A DNA stretch of 57,599 nucleotides, taken from positions 1 through 57,599 of the forward strand of contig JAZQAZ010000003.1 of the NCBI GenBank assembly GCA_045545475.1, in the 5' to 3' direction. The stretch is from Clostridia bacterium (GTDB lineage: Bacteria > Bacillota > Clostridia > CAKSNL01 > HGM11501). Shown piece by piece: positions 27,366 to 37,480 of this stretch. Numbering within the stretch: position 1 is the first letter of the stretch; every line of letters begins with the position of its first letter. The position numbers and the translations under genes are program-made. The notes under the pieces were generated by a model. It had not been told where the DNA came from and did no database searches. It saw nothing but the letters and a program-made list of their open reading frames with translations.

Positions 27366-30137
27366 TTAATTAATGTGAGAAAGCACGGCGTTTACAGTGT
27401 TGATATCTGCCGCATTTCTGCTTATTGTAAATATACCGTTTCCTAAATCCTTAACTTCCCATCCGTAACATTCCGCAATGAACGATGCCGGAATATAGAA
27501 TATACCGTTTCTGTATATTACAGGGTTTGAAAGATGAGCTTCATGGCCGTCGATTAATACGTCTAAGCTTCCAAGTTCACATGTCGTCCATCTGGAATTG
27601 ATGATTTCTTCAAGGTTTTCGGAAAGTTCAAAATGTCTTGTAACAAAACGGTTGTAAGAAGCATTATATTCAGTCTTGCTTCTGCCATATCCCATAATTT
27701 CATTATATGCACTTTCGGGAATGTAAAGTGTGCCGTTTTCCATAAAGGCAGAAACTCTTGTATCAGCCTCATAAACCTTCATCTTAGCACCTTTCACAAT
27801 CATTTTTTCTGCTCCCGCTTTAATGATTGTTGTTTCGGTATCTTTAAGTGTTGCACGCTCTGTATCTGTCAATGCAGTTTCGGCAATCTCTGTAAATACA
27901 TAGTTGAATCGTCCGTAGGGAGCAACGCTTCCTTCGGCATAGAAGTTAAGTAAATCTTCAGGATTATAAACAGAGTCCGTCCACTTAAATTCAAAATCAA
28001 CCGTTCCGGTTTCTCCGATTAATTCCCTTTTAACAGCCATCTGAAGTGCATTACCGGATACTTCGTAGTTTACGCTTCCCACAGTTTCCCATGTTCCGTT
28101 GTACTTGGAAAGCACCTTATCACCGGTCAGGTTTACTGCATAGTCATAACCCTCCCAGCCTGTAGCATAGTTTCTGTCTGCATTTATGTAAAGAGTAAGG
28201 AAGCCCTTTACCCCTGTCTTTATGTCCTTTTCGGTATTTACAAGGAAATAGAAATTCTCACTGTCAAAGGTTACCTTAGCTCCTTTTATAGCATTTTCAA
28301 CCTTGGTAGTATAATGATGCACTTCATCTGTCGTGGTGTGATGAACACCAAGACCGTATGAATCTCTCTCATAGTCCTGATAATAGTTATAGAACTGAGG
28401 GCCAACGCCTGCCCACTGGGATGCATCAGCCGTAATATCAATAGACTTTGCACCGCTTGCCGTGGGAATAGGACGTACTCCCTTATACTTTCTCACAAAG
28501 TCGCAAAGAAGGTTATAATAGTCATCCTTTATAGGACCTCTTACAGGCTCAAAATCACGGCTGTTTTCATAGTCATAAGTATCAACAAAAACGACACCCT
28601 TGAATATTCCGTAAACGTCATAACGAACAGTTGTAAGCTCATTCCATCCGTCAAGCATAATAAATTCAGGGCCTGCTTCAAGAGCAAGGTTTGCCTGTTC
28701 ACGGAAGAAGTAACCTTCCCTCATGCCGTTTTCAGTGTAGTCTTCACCAAATACCTCGGAATAACCTCTTCCTTTTGAATAGGGGTCAGAGAACACGCCC
28801 GTCATACCATTTCCGTAAACGGTGGACTGGTTTATCGCAGTGCCTACCACAACAAATTCAGGTCTTCCTGTTTCCTCATCCACTCTACGGAGTACCTGGG
28901 GGAAGTTTTCAAGCCACATCCAGTAATCGTCAAAGGTTCTGTCGTTTCTTCCGCCGTTCATACGGATTGTGAAGAAATCTTCCGTATCTTTAACAAGTTT
29001 ACGTTCCATCAAATTGTCGGAATCAACAGCATTTATTGCACGCTCCGGCACCGCATTACCGAAGATAAGAGGCTTATCCTCCCAATGATACCAGATATCT
29101 GTATAGTCATGTTCGATAAAGCAGTTTGCATAAATTGCCATAAGGTTTCTGTAGCAGATATCAGAATCCGAACCCATATGGGAGAAAATTGAAAACTTTG
29201 GAATGTCGATACCGGATTCCTTAGCATCACGGAAAGCCTCGGCAATTACGTTAAGTGTTGAGATATAGTCCCATCCGCCGTTGGTATAGTCAAAGAATAT
29301 GGCGTCAACACCGGCTATTGCCATCATTTCCGCATGCTTTCTGTATACCCAGTAATCATAGGAGGTATAAAAACCGAGCACCGGCTCTCCCCAGTAGTAT
29401 TTTGCAAGTTCATCCCAGGCAGGGTCGTTAAAATTATTCATTGCATTTGGATTATTTTTAACAACCTCGGGAATTACGCCTGCGTGGTGGTTGGGGCCTT
29501 CAGATGTGTGCCAGTTCCAGTAAAGCATACCGATTTCTCTGCCGTCTGTCTTAGGTGCACCTGTTTCTTCAAAGTTAGCCACCGCTCTTCCGTAGCTGTC
29601 GGTTGCCGCCCATGTATCGGAATAAACATCCTTTATGAAAGAGTCATCCACAAACTTGTCATAGTCGGGATTTACAAAGCCCTTTTCGTAAAGGGTTATA
29701 TCGTGAATCCTCATAGAAGCATTTCCCGTACCTTTTCCGTAGAGGCAGTAAAAATAAAGGTCATGCACACCGTCAATTTTTCTTATGGAAGTATATTCCT
29801 TTATGTTTTCACCGTCATCGGACAAAGTTATGTAGCCCAAGGGTTCTCCCCTCTTATAGTCATCTGCCATAATGACTAAAGTTTCACCGTTGGAGGATGT
29901 GTTACGAAGCTTAACGGTTGCAGTAACTCCGATGGAGTTTATGCCGGTTAAGTCAACGTCCTTGAACATAAAGTACTCTTTATGCTCAAATCCTCCTATA
30001 TGCATTTCGGGAGTATAAATTTTTGCTGATTTTTCATCGACATCAGCCGGCTTTAATGTAACTTCTGCAGCCGTTGCAACTGTTGCAAGGGACAAAGTCA
30101 TTAAAACCGCCAAAAGCAAGCTTAATACCTTTTTCAT
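27366..30137 (-). CDS. Secreted multidomain GH99-like glycoside hydrolase (CBM6-like N-terminus, CAO-N-like C-terminus)
   Basis: Signal peptide; YYWGEPVLGFY, KHAEMMAIAGVD, DGWNEL, SRDFEP; GVHDLYF; GTLYIP/GIFYIP. Confidence 0.6.
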   Translation of the reverse strand: MKKVLSLLLAVLMTLSLATVATAAEVTLKPADVDEKSAKIYTPEMHIGGFEHKEYFMFKDVDLTGINSIGVTATVKLRNTSSNGETLVIMADDYKRGEPLGYITLSDDGENIKEYTSIRKIDGVHDLYFYCLYGKGTGNASMRIHDITLYEKGFVNPDYDKFVDDSFIKDVYSDTWAATDSYGRAVANFEETGAPKTDGREIGMLYWNWHTSEGPNHHAGVIPEVVKNNPNAMNNFNDPAWDELAKYYWGEPVLGFYTSYDYWVYRKHAEMMAIAGVDAIFFDYTNGGWDYISTLNVIAEAFRDAKESGIDIPKFSIFSHMGSDSDICYRNLMAIYANCFIEHDYTDIWYHWEDKPLIFGNAVPERAINAVDSDNLMERKLVKDTEDFFTIRMNGGRNDRTFDDYWMWLENFPQVLRRVDEETGRPEFVVVGTAINQSTVYGNGMTGVFSDPYSKGRGYSEVFGEDYTENGMREGYFFREQANLALEAGPEFIMLDGWNELTTVRYDVYGIFKGVVFVDTYDYENSRDFEPVRGPIKDDYYNLLCDFVRKYKGVRPIPTASGAKSIDITADASQWAGVGPQFYNYYQDYERDSYGLGVHHTTTDEVHHYTTKVENAIKGAKVTFDSENFYFLVNTEKDIKTGVKGFLTLYINADRNYATGWEGYDYAVNLTGDKVLSKYNGTWETVGSVNYEVSGNALQMAVKRELIGETGTVDFEFKWTDSVYNPEDLLNFYAEGSVAPYGRFNYVFTEIAETALTDTERATLKDTETTIIKAGAEKMIVKGAKMKVYEADTRVSAFMENGTLYIPESAYNEIMGYGRSKTEYNASYNRFVTRHFELSENLEEIINSRWTTCELGSLDVLIDGHEAHLSNPVIYRNGIFYIPASFIAECYGWEVKDLGNGIFTISRNAADINTVNAVLSHIN

Positions 30138-30167
30138 GTCATCCATCCTTTCATAATTGGTATTTAA

Positions 30168-30196
30168 ATTATATCACACCTTGATGTTTGAGTCAA
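30168..30196 (-). promoter_or_regulatory. sigmaA-like promoter
   Basis: TTGACT-17bp-TATAAT on minus strand. Confidence 0.65.
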
Positions 30197-30254
30197 CATG
30201 AAAAAACGATACAGAGTCAGGATAAAACGATATAAAAAGCAGCAATGCATTGCA

Positions 30255-31127
30255 TTACTGCTTTTTCATTATTTTTTCCGCTTCTTTAATTTCTTCATCG
30301 TTAGGCAATGCTTTAGGCAATGTATTTTCCATTCCCAGGGCATCATACTTCGATGCGGCATAGTTGTGATAGGCTAAAACCTTAACATCGGTCACGTTTT
30401 TAAGCGTTTTTACAAAATCAGCTATTTTTTCCGCCTCGCCCGAATTAAAGTGAGGTACATAAGGATATCTTATTTCTATGCTTTTACCCAGGGAGTCAAT
30501 ATACCTAAGGTTTTCAAGTATAATTTTATTGCTCTTTCCCGTACATTTTATATGCACGTCTTCGTCTATCGCTTTTATATCGTATAAAAATAAATCGGTA
30601 TAGGGCAAAATCTTGTCTATTTCTTCCCTCTTTACGAAGCCGGATGTGTCAATTGCCGTATGGATCCCTTCCTTTTTAAGTTCTGCCAGTAATTCACGGC
30701 AGAAGTCCGATTGCATAAGGCATTCTCCGCCGGAAAGCGTAACGCCGCCGCCCGAGGTCTCGTAAAAATCCTTATCGGAAAGTAACTCGGGCAAAATTTC
30801 ATCCACCGTAACAGCTTTACCGTAAAGCTTTAATGCATCAGCACGGCAGACACTTACACAATCGGTGCATTGGCTACATTTAGCACGGTCAAAAAAATGT
30901 CCTTTTTCATTTAATATATGAGCACCGTTTTTGCAGGCTCTTACGCACGCACCGCAGGCGATGCACTTATGATTGTATGATGCAAGCTCCATCTTAAAGG
31001 AAATCCCCTCCGGATTGTGACACCAGATACAAGAAAGCGGACAGCCCTTGAAAAACACCGTTGTTCTTATCCCGGGCCCGTCGTGAACGGCAAAGCGTTT
31101 TATTTCAAAAATCAAAGCTTTTTCCAT
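30255..31127 (-). CDS. Glycyl-radical enzyme activating protein (radical SAM with 2x[4Fe-4S] insert)
   Basis: HDGPGIRTTVFFKGCPLSCIWCHNPE; CIACGACVRAC and CSQCTDCVSVC; GGVTLSGGE. Confidence 0.95.
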   Translation of the reverse strand: MEKALIFEIKRFAVHDGPGIRTTVFFKGCPLSCIWCHNPEGISFKMELASYNHKCIACGACVRACKNGAHILNEKGHFFDRAKCSQCTDCVSVCRADALKLYGKAVTVDEILPELLSDKDFYETSGGGVTLSGGECLMQSDFCRELLAELKKEGIHTAIDTSGFVKREEIDKILPYTDLFLYDIKAIDEDVHIKCTGKSNKIILENLRYIDSLGKSIEIRYPYVPHFNSGEAEKIADFVKTLKNVTDVKVLAYHNYAASKYDALGMENTLPKALPNDEEIKEAEKIMKKQ

Positions 31128-31141
31128 AACCTTCTCCTTTG

Positions 31142-33394
31142 TTATATGATGTTTTCCGCCCTTTTTATATAGGCATCCTGCTCTTCTTTACACATATTGT
31201 TCCACAGCACATTCCATCCGCATACCCTCACCTGTAAATTTTTATAGTTTTGCGGATTTTTCTGTGCATCACGGAGAACCTTTGCATCAAACACATTGAA
31301 ATGAATCGAAGCTCCGCCCTTTTTAATATATGTATTAAGCACACTGTAAAATGCCAAAAGACCATCATCTCCCGCAACTGCCGAAGGATGAAGCATCACA
31401 TCAAGGCAAGCTCCCGAATTTGCCAGGGACATATCCATTGTCGTTACAGAGTTTATAAGTGCCGTTACGCCATTTTTGTCCATTCCCGGAGTCGGCGATG
31501 CATTTTTAGAAGTTTCTTCCCCATTTTTTCTGCCGTCGGGTGTGGCACCTGTTACTTTTCCCATATCTATAAATGCTCTTGCAGAATGAATCTCATATTC
31601 GTAAATTCCGCCAAGCCCATTTTTCGCATCAGCAATTAAAGATGCAACTAAATTGTGAACTGCATTTGCATAATAATCCGCTATTTTATCGCCGTTACCG
31701 TACTTATGCCTGCAGGACAGAGCTTTATGTCTCAGCTCTTCATAGCCTTCCCAGTTGCTTCTGATAGCTTCTTTAAGCACCTTCATTGTGGTATAGCCTG
31801 TTTCAAACACAAGCTCATACACCGCCATAAGTGCATCAACTGCACTTCCGAGTCCGTTTATAAGCAACGCTGAAACAGTATTCATTCCCCCGTCATTGCC
31901 GTCAGCCAGATTATCTGCGCAGGAGGAAATTGTTCCGGCAAACAGCAATACCGGGTTTACTTCATTTATATGCCCCTCAAGCTCATTTACAACCGCCATA
32001 GTCCTTTTTATTGTATACTCAAGCTGTTTAAGGTATGCCCTGTAAAAATCCCCGAAGCTTTCAAATGACGAAACATCTCCTGTTTTCAGTCCGAGATCCA
32101 TTCCCGTAGATATATCCCTTCCGTTGTCAAACACTAAAAGTATAGGCTTCAATGCATTTATTGTATTGAAAGAAGTGCTGATGCTCTTTGCTTTAACGGC
32201 ATATTCATAACACCCTTTTACAACAGAATCAATAGCCTCCTCAAAGGTTGCACCTCTACGCATCAAGGCTTTTACAATTATATCTTCATTACAAAATACT
32301 ATGCCGTTTGAACCGCCTCTTATCATTTCAAGAGTCTTTAATATAAAGTCCTTCGGCGTTTTTTCGCTTATCTTTATCTGAATTTTCGGGTTATATATTC
32401 CAAGAGTATCCATAATATCTAAAATAAGATAAGACAGTTCGCACACCTTTGTGCTTCCGTCCGCATTTGTCCCGCCAAGATATAAAGGCTGTCCCCAGTA
32501 ATTTCCCATTGCATGAAACTGAAGGAGAAAATATGCAATAAACGAGGCAAGCTCCTCTTTCGTAAAAGTCCCGTTCTCAATATCTTTTTCGTAAAATGGC
32601 ATAAGGGTTGCATCAAGTCCGTAGCCCAGGCTTCTTACCTGATTATAATCTACACATTCGCTTAATATAAAATATATGTATATGAGCAAAAGCACTTCAA
32701 AGGTGTTCTGAGGTGCACCTTGTGCCAGATTCAAAAGAGCCTTTGATACGGTTTTTGCTTTATCGGATTTTTTAGTAACAGAATAATCATAAAGCCTTTT
32801 TATCAGCCTTAAAGTTGCCTTATATTCTATACTCGCCGCATTGTAAAATATTTCTCTTTTTTCAGTCAGCGTATTTTCTGCCCTGTGCTTTTCACAGGAC
32901 TTTTCAAGGCGCTTAAGTATTCCGGGAAAGCCAAGCTTTATAAGCGAATCCCAATCAGGAACGGAGTGGTCAAAATCAAGGGCAATCCAGGAAAGCCCGG
33001 AAGCCATCATTTTGTCCCTGAAGCCTTCCGTCCTTCCGTTTACTTTTTTTAGGATTTCATTATGCCAGGGATTTACCGTGTAGTCTTTTATAAGCCTTCC
33101 CCAGGAATAAATTCCGACAAAGTAATCGTTGTCGTTTACATCGATTCTCGTATTGTCAAGAATGTACTCAAAAAGCCTTGCCTTTATAATCTGCCGTGGT
33201 TCATTTTTTAATTTTTCCGAAAGAGCAGAAAGCCCTTTTTTAATTTCTTCGTCGGACAATCCCGTAGTCTCATCATAGTCATATCCGTGATAATCCATTC
33301 TGTTGAAGGGATCAAAATTTTCAGATACTTTGTGATATTTGTTTTCTATCACCATTCTGTCTCTCTCTTTAACTATTTCATACAGAAGCTTCAT
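31142..33394 (-). CDS. Glycyl radical enzyme B (PFL-like fold, unknown substrate)
   Basis: KGCYEY Cys loop; ATPDGRKNGE; HFNV; NLQVRVCGW glycyl motif. Confidence 0.9.
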   Translation of the reverse strand: MKLLYEIVKERDRMVIENKYHKVSENFDPFNRMDYHGYDYDETTGLSDEEIKKGLSALSEKLKNEPRQIIKARLFEYILDNTRIDVNDNDYFVGIYSWGRLIKDYTVNPWHNEILKKVNGRTEGFRDKMMASGLSWIALDFDHSVPDWDSLIKLGFPGILKRLEKSCEKHRAENTLTEKREIFYNAASIEYKATLRLIKRLYDYSVTKKSDKAKTVSKALLNLAQGAPQNTFEVLLLIYIYFILSECVDYNQVRSLGYGLDATLMPFYEKDIENGTFTKEELASFIAYFLLQFHAMGNYWGQPLYLGGTNADGSTKVCELSYLILDIMDTLGIYNPKIQIKISEKTPKDFILKTLEMIRGGSNGIVFCNEDIIVKALMRRGATFEEAIDSVVKGCYEYAVKAKSISTSFNTINALKPILLVFDNGRDISTGMDLGLKTGDVSSFESFGDFYRAYLKQLEYTIKRTMAVVNELEGHINEVNPVLLFAGTISSCADNLADGNDGGMNTVSALLINGLGSAVDALMAVYELVFETGYTTMKVLKEAIRSNWEGYEELRHKALSCRHKYGNGDKIADYYANAVHNLVASLIADAKNGLGGIYEYEIHSARAFIDMGKVTGATPDGRKNGEETSKNASPTPGMDKNGVTALINSVTTMDMSLANSGACLDVMLHPSAVAGDDGLLAFYSVLNTYIKKGGASIHFNVFDAKVLRDAQKNPQNYKNLQVRVCGWNVLWNNMCKEEQDAYIKRAENII

Positions 33395-33395
33395 A

Positions 33396-35522
33396 TTACT
33401 CCTCCATACTCCTTATGAGATTATCCTGCATTTCCTTTGGCAGGTCGGTAAAGTACACGTTCCATCCGCAAAGACGGACCTGAAGATTTTTATACTTTTC
33501 GGGATTTTCCTGAGCCTTTTTAAGGGTTTCAGCCGAAAGCACATTCATATGCACCGCAAAGCCACCCTTTTTAAAATAGGTTTTAAGAAGACTCAGCATA
33601 ATATTAAGCCCCTCGTCCCCCGAAACTGCAGTAGGATGAACCGCCAAATCAAGCACCGTTCCGTCAGAAGCCAAGCTATGCGGAAAGGCTGTTGCAGAAT
33701 TTATCGCTCCGGTCACGCCTTTTTTATCCATTCCCACACTTGCACTTATGTTTTTGCTTAAGGCTTCGCCTTTTTTCCGGCCGTCAGCAGATGCACCGGT
33801 AAGTCTACCGTAATGGATAATCCAGTCAATAGAAAAGATGCCCAGGCGGAAAACGCCGCCACGACCGTTTTCCTTTCCGTTTATATTGTCTGACATAAAG
33901 CGGGTGATATCCTCTGCGAAAAAGTCAGCTTCCCCATCCCCGTTTCCGAATTTTTTGCATTCGTTTTTGGCATATGACCTTAAATCCTCATATCCTTCCC
34001 AGTTTGCTTTAAGAATTTCAGTAAGCTTTGAAAGGGAAAGGATTTTTTCCGTAAATACCATTTTTTTAATGGCGATGAGAGAATCGACAAAAGTCGCAAG
34101 ACCGAAAATGCAGATGGATGAGTTATTATACTTCGCCCCGCCCGCATAGGCGTCGCATCCATTTTCCATACAGCTTTCAAAGGTTGCCGAAATTACGGGA
34201 GCTTGCAGAAATTCGGGGTATTTTCTCTCAATCCTTGAAATTTCCGCGATTGACTTTTCGCTCCAGCTTTTAAGAAGCTTTTTTACTTCATTGTAAAACT
34301 TGTCAAAGCTTTCGTAAGTGCCCCCACCTTCGCCGAGCACTTCATCACATCTGAAGTTTTTCCCTCCTCCCAGGGTAACCTCTATTGCCATGGGAAGGTT
34401 GATTCTTCCGTTTAAGGTGCAGGGAAATTCCTTTCCTGCACTTGCAGGCTCATAACAACCGATTAAAGTATAATCCTCGGCGTCACATTCTTCCTCACCG
34501 ATATTCATAAGGGATTTTTTCACAACTTCGCTGTTTGCAAAAACAAAGCTGCTTTTGCCGTTTCTTATGGAATCAAGCACGATTTTCAAAACATCGTCGG
34601 GCACATTTTTTCCGCACTTTATATGAATTTTCGGGTCAATCACATCAAGGGCAATATATTCTTCCAAGAAAAGATATGTCATTTCGTTGACCTCGGAGCA
34701 GAGGTTAAAGGGGATATTTGCAAGTACCTTCATGCTTGTCCATTTATAAAGAAAGTATCTTATCATCTCCCTTGCTTCATCCTTCGTGATTATGCCCTTT
34801 TCAATGTCGCTTTTATAATAGGGATATAAAAGGGAATCGAGTGCACCGAGTGACCTTAAGTTTTCTCCCTCAACATGATGCTGAACCATATAATAGATGA
34901 AGTAAAGCTGCATCGCCTGGGAAAGCGACCTTGGCTCGTGCATAGATATTTCCAAAAGGTTTTCCTTTGCAAAGGCGGCGTTTTCGCCTTCGGTTTCCTC
35001 CGCCAAGTCATAAAGTCTTTTTATGTATATCAAAATTCCCTCATAGGCATATTTCACCGAACGGTAAAAGGCTTTCTCTTCTTCTGTAAGGTTTTTCTTT
35101 TCAAGATGATCTTCCGCCTCAGAAAGAATTCCTGTTATGCCGAGGCTTAAAATCCTTTTCCAATCGGGCATTGTGTGCCCCGGGTCCCACCCCGAAAGAT
35201 AGGCACCGCACGCCTCACTCAAATTTGCATCACGGCTTACGGGGCAGATTCTGCCGTATTCAGAATCCCTTAAATGCATAGGGGTAATTCCCGTTTCTGC
35301 CATATCGCAAAAAATATCATACGGATTTATAAAAAGCTTTACCTTTGAAAGGAAATGCTTTACCGCCATTCCCTTTCCTTCCTGCAAGGTAGGGGCATTA
35401 AAATACTCAGTCTTAACTTCCTCGTGAAGCAAAAGCTCTCTTTCCCTTTTGAACTCTTCCTTTATTTTATCATACTGATTCGTAAGATGCTCTCTGCTTT
35501 TTGAAAAAGGTATAATTTTCAT
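33396..35522 (-). CDS. Glycyl radical enzyme A (PFL-like fold, unknown substrate)
   Basis: IGCYEP Cys loop; ASADGRKKGE; HMNV; NLQVRLCGW glycyl motif. Confidence 0.9.
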   Translation of the reverse strand: MKIIPFSKSREHLTNQYDKIKEEFKRERELLLHEEVKTEYFNAPTLQEGKGMAVKHFLSKVKLFINPYDIFCDMAETGITPMHLRDSEYGRICPVSRDANLSEACGAYLSGWDPGHTMPDWKRILSLGITGILSEAEDHLEKKNLTEEEKAFYRSVKYAYEGILIYIKRLYDLAEETEGENAAFAKENLLEISMHEPRSLSQAMQLYFIYYMVQHHVEGENLRSLGALDSLLYPYYKSDIEKGIITKDEAREMIRYFLYKWTSMKVLANIPFNLCSEVNEMTYLFLEEYIALDVIDPKIHIKCGKNVPDDVLKIVLDSIRNGKSSFVFANSEVVKKSLMNIGEEECDAEDYTLIGCYEPASAGKEFPCTLNGRINLPMAIEVTLGGGKNFRCDEVLGEGGGTYESFDKFYNEVKKLLKSWSEKSIAEISRIERKYPEFLQAPVISATFESCMENGCDAYAGGAKYNNSSICIFGLATFVDSLIAIKKMVFTEKILSLSKLTEILKANWEGYEDLRSYAKNECKKFGNGDGEADFFAEDITRFMSDNINGKENGRGGVFRLGIFSIDWIIHYGRLTGASADGRKKGEALSKNISASVGMDKKGVTGAINSATAFPHSLASDGTVLDLAVHPTAVSGDEGLNIMLSLLKTYFKKGGFAVHMNVLSAETLKKAQENPEKYKNLQVRLCGWNVYFTDLPKEMQDNLIRSMEE

Positions 35523-35620
35523 AAAATCAACTCCTTATTTCAATATAGCATCCGCCCTCCGTTATGTAAATTAACAAAACGAACAATATGGATTTTTCGA
35601 ACATATTTTTCCATAAACAG

Positions 35621-35649
35621 TAGACAAAAAAAACTCCCTCTGTTATAAT
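35621..35649 (+). promoter_or_regulatory. Promoter of AraC gene
   Basis: TAGACA-17bp-TATAAT with TG extension. Confidence 0.6.
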
Positions 35650-35667
35650 CAAAGGGAGGTGATTGAA

Positions 35668-36441
35668 TTGAATGAAAACCTTACGGTAAAAGAAGTATTA
35701 AAGGCTTTTGACGGAAGCCTTCCCTTAGGGAAAGCCAAGGATCAGCCCTGCCGTCATTCCGATGCCTTCTGCTATATTACAGAAGGAGAAATAGAGTATA
35801 CCTTTTCGGGTAAAGTTTGCACCGCCAAAGAAAAAAGCCTTATTTTCTTTCCGAAGGGAAGCGCCTACAGCTTAAACATTTTATCGCCCCTAAAGTATAT
35901 ATGCATTGACTTTAATTTCGAATCGGGATCAGGTCTTACCGACGGGGTAATTTACAAAAATCTGCCTCCGGAGCTGGGCAACGAATTTCTTAGGCTTTTG
36001 AAAATCTATCTTGTAAAAAGCCCCTGGCATAACCCATCGCTTTTTTCCGGTGTTTACAAAATTTATTCAGAAATTTTAAAAGCGGAAAATGCAAAATATA
36101 TGCCTCTTGCATCCACCTTTTCGGACATTACCGCTTTCATCCTTGAAAACTACTTGAATCCCGACTTTTCCGTTTCAATGCTTTCGGAAAGATTCGGCAT
36201 ATCCGAGGTTCATATACGCCGTATTTTCAAATCCGCCGCAAAAACATCGCCCATAAGATATATAAATTATTTAAGGATTGAAAAGGCAAAAAACCTTCTT
36301 TCCGAAACAAGCCTCCCTGTAGCGGTAATTGCCGCAGAAGCAGGTTTTTCAGACAGCTTTTATTTTTCACGGCTATTTAAAAAAGAAACAGGGGTATCCC
36401 CTGCTTCTTTCAGAAAAAACAGTTCCGGAATTTCTATTTAA
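35668..36441 (+). CDS. AraC family regulator, divergent from the GRE operon
   Basis: Cupin N-terminus; IAAEAGFSDSFYFSRLFKKETGVSPASFR; TTG start after GGAGGTG. Confidence 0.9.
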   Translation: MNENLTVKEVLKAFDGSLPLGKAKDQPCRHSDAFCYITEGEIEYTFSGKVCTAKEKSLIFFPKGSAYSLNILSPLKYICIDFNFESGSGLTDGVIYKNLPPELGNEFLRLLKIYLVKSPWHNPSLFSGVYKIYSEILKAENAKYMPLASTFSDITAFILENYLNPDFSVSMLSERFGISEVHIRRIFKSAAKTSPIRYINYLRIEKAKNLLSETSLPVAVIAAEAGFSDSFYFSRLFKKETGVSPASFRKNSSGISI

Positions 36442-37309
36442 GGCTTTTCTTAAAAGTCCCGGGTGCCATCCCCGTATAATTTTTGAAGGCCTTGATAAAG
36501 GCGTATAATGTGGAATAGCCAAGCAACTCCGCAATGCGGGATTCGGAGAGATTCCCCTCTCTTATGAGCTGTTTTGCGATTTCGATTTTTCTTCTTTTAT
36601 AATATGAAGCCAAAGTTTCTCCCGTATGTTCTTTGAAAAAAGCAGAAATATAGCTGTAATTATAGTCAAAGACAAATGCCAGCTCGGAGAGGTTTTTGAT
36701 GGTATAAATATGGGTGTTGATATAGTTCATTATCTGATAGCAAAAAGCCTCGGAGCTTTCAGAATGTCTCGCCTTTTTGCTTTCACCCTTAAAGCACCTT
36801 ATTATTTCTATCACGATAAGCCGAAGCAGTGATGATACCGCCTCTTTTTTAAGGACGGATTCTTCTTCGTTAAGCTCTGCAATTATATTTTCAACCAGCG
36901 TTGATGCCCTTTCGCTTTTAAAAATCCTCACATCGGGAGAGGCGAAATTCTGCATTATCGCTTCAAGCTCATCAGAAAAGGGCGAAAGCTCTGTCTTAAA
37001 TGAAAAAAAGTCAAACTGCAAGGGCTTTTTCCTGTCCGATATTATTTCGTGCATATCGCAGGGGAAAGAAAGGTATATATCTCCGCCCGAAACTTTGCTT
37101 TTTTTATCGTCTGTTACAATTTCACCTTCGCCTGCTTTTACTATGGTTAGTTCAAACCAGTCGATATGGGCGTGACGCGGTATTATGGTTTCCTCACCAC
37201 AGTTCATTCTTCCCGCCTGCACCAATGATATACCGTCAAAATCCCTGGTGTTTCCGATATGGTTTATATCAAGATGATATTTTTTGTCAGATTTAGTTAT
37301 CTTTTCCGT
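36434..37309 (-). CDS. AraC family regulator (apparent ACG start)
   Basis: HAHIDWFEL cupin; IAELLGYSTLYAFIKAFKNYTGMAP; start discussed in findings. Confidence 0.85.
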   Translation of the reverse strand, partial: TEKITKSDKKYHLDINHIGNTRDFDGISLVQAGRMNCGEETIIPRHAHIDWFELTIVKAGEGEIVTDDKKSKVSGGDIYLSFPCDMHEIISDRKKPLQFDFFSFKTELSPFSDELEAIMQNFASPDVRIFKSERASTLVENIIAELNEEESVLKKEAVSSLLRLIVIEIIRCFKGESKKARHSESSEAFCYQIMNYINTHIYTIKNLSELAFVFDYNYSYISAFFKEHTGETLASYYKRRKIEIAKQLIREGNLSESRIAELLGYSTLYAFIKAFKNYTGMAPGTFKKSLK

Positions 37310-37331
37310 AAAACCACCTGCTTTCAGGCTT

Positions 37332-37360
37332 ATTTTAACACAACGGATATGTTCTTTCAA
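37332..37360 (-). promoter_or_regulatory. Promoter of the second AraC gene
   Basis: TTGAAA-17bp-TAAAAT with TG extension on minus strand. Confidence 0.6.
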
Positions 37361-37480
37361 GATAAATCCAAAAAAATGATATGTTTTTTTCAAAAAAAAG
37401 GCATTTACATATCATTATTTTGGTATATAATGAAATTAACGAAAGTCGGATGTGTCCGACAAAATTAAGGAGGATTTTTT

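Noticed and set aside
31142-35522. Calling the GREs pflB, cutC or hypD
   Set aside because: No Cys-Cys pair; motifs, lengths and gene context do not match those enzymes
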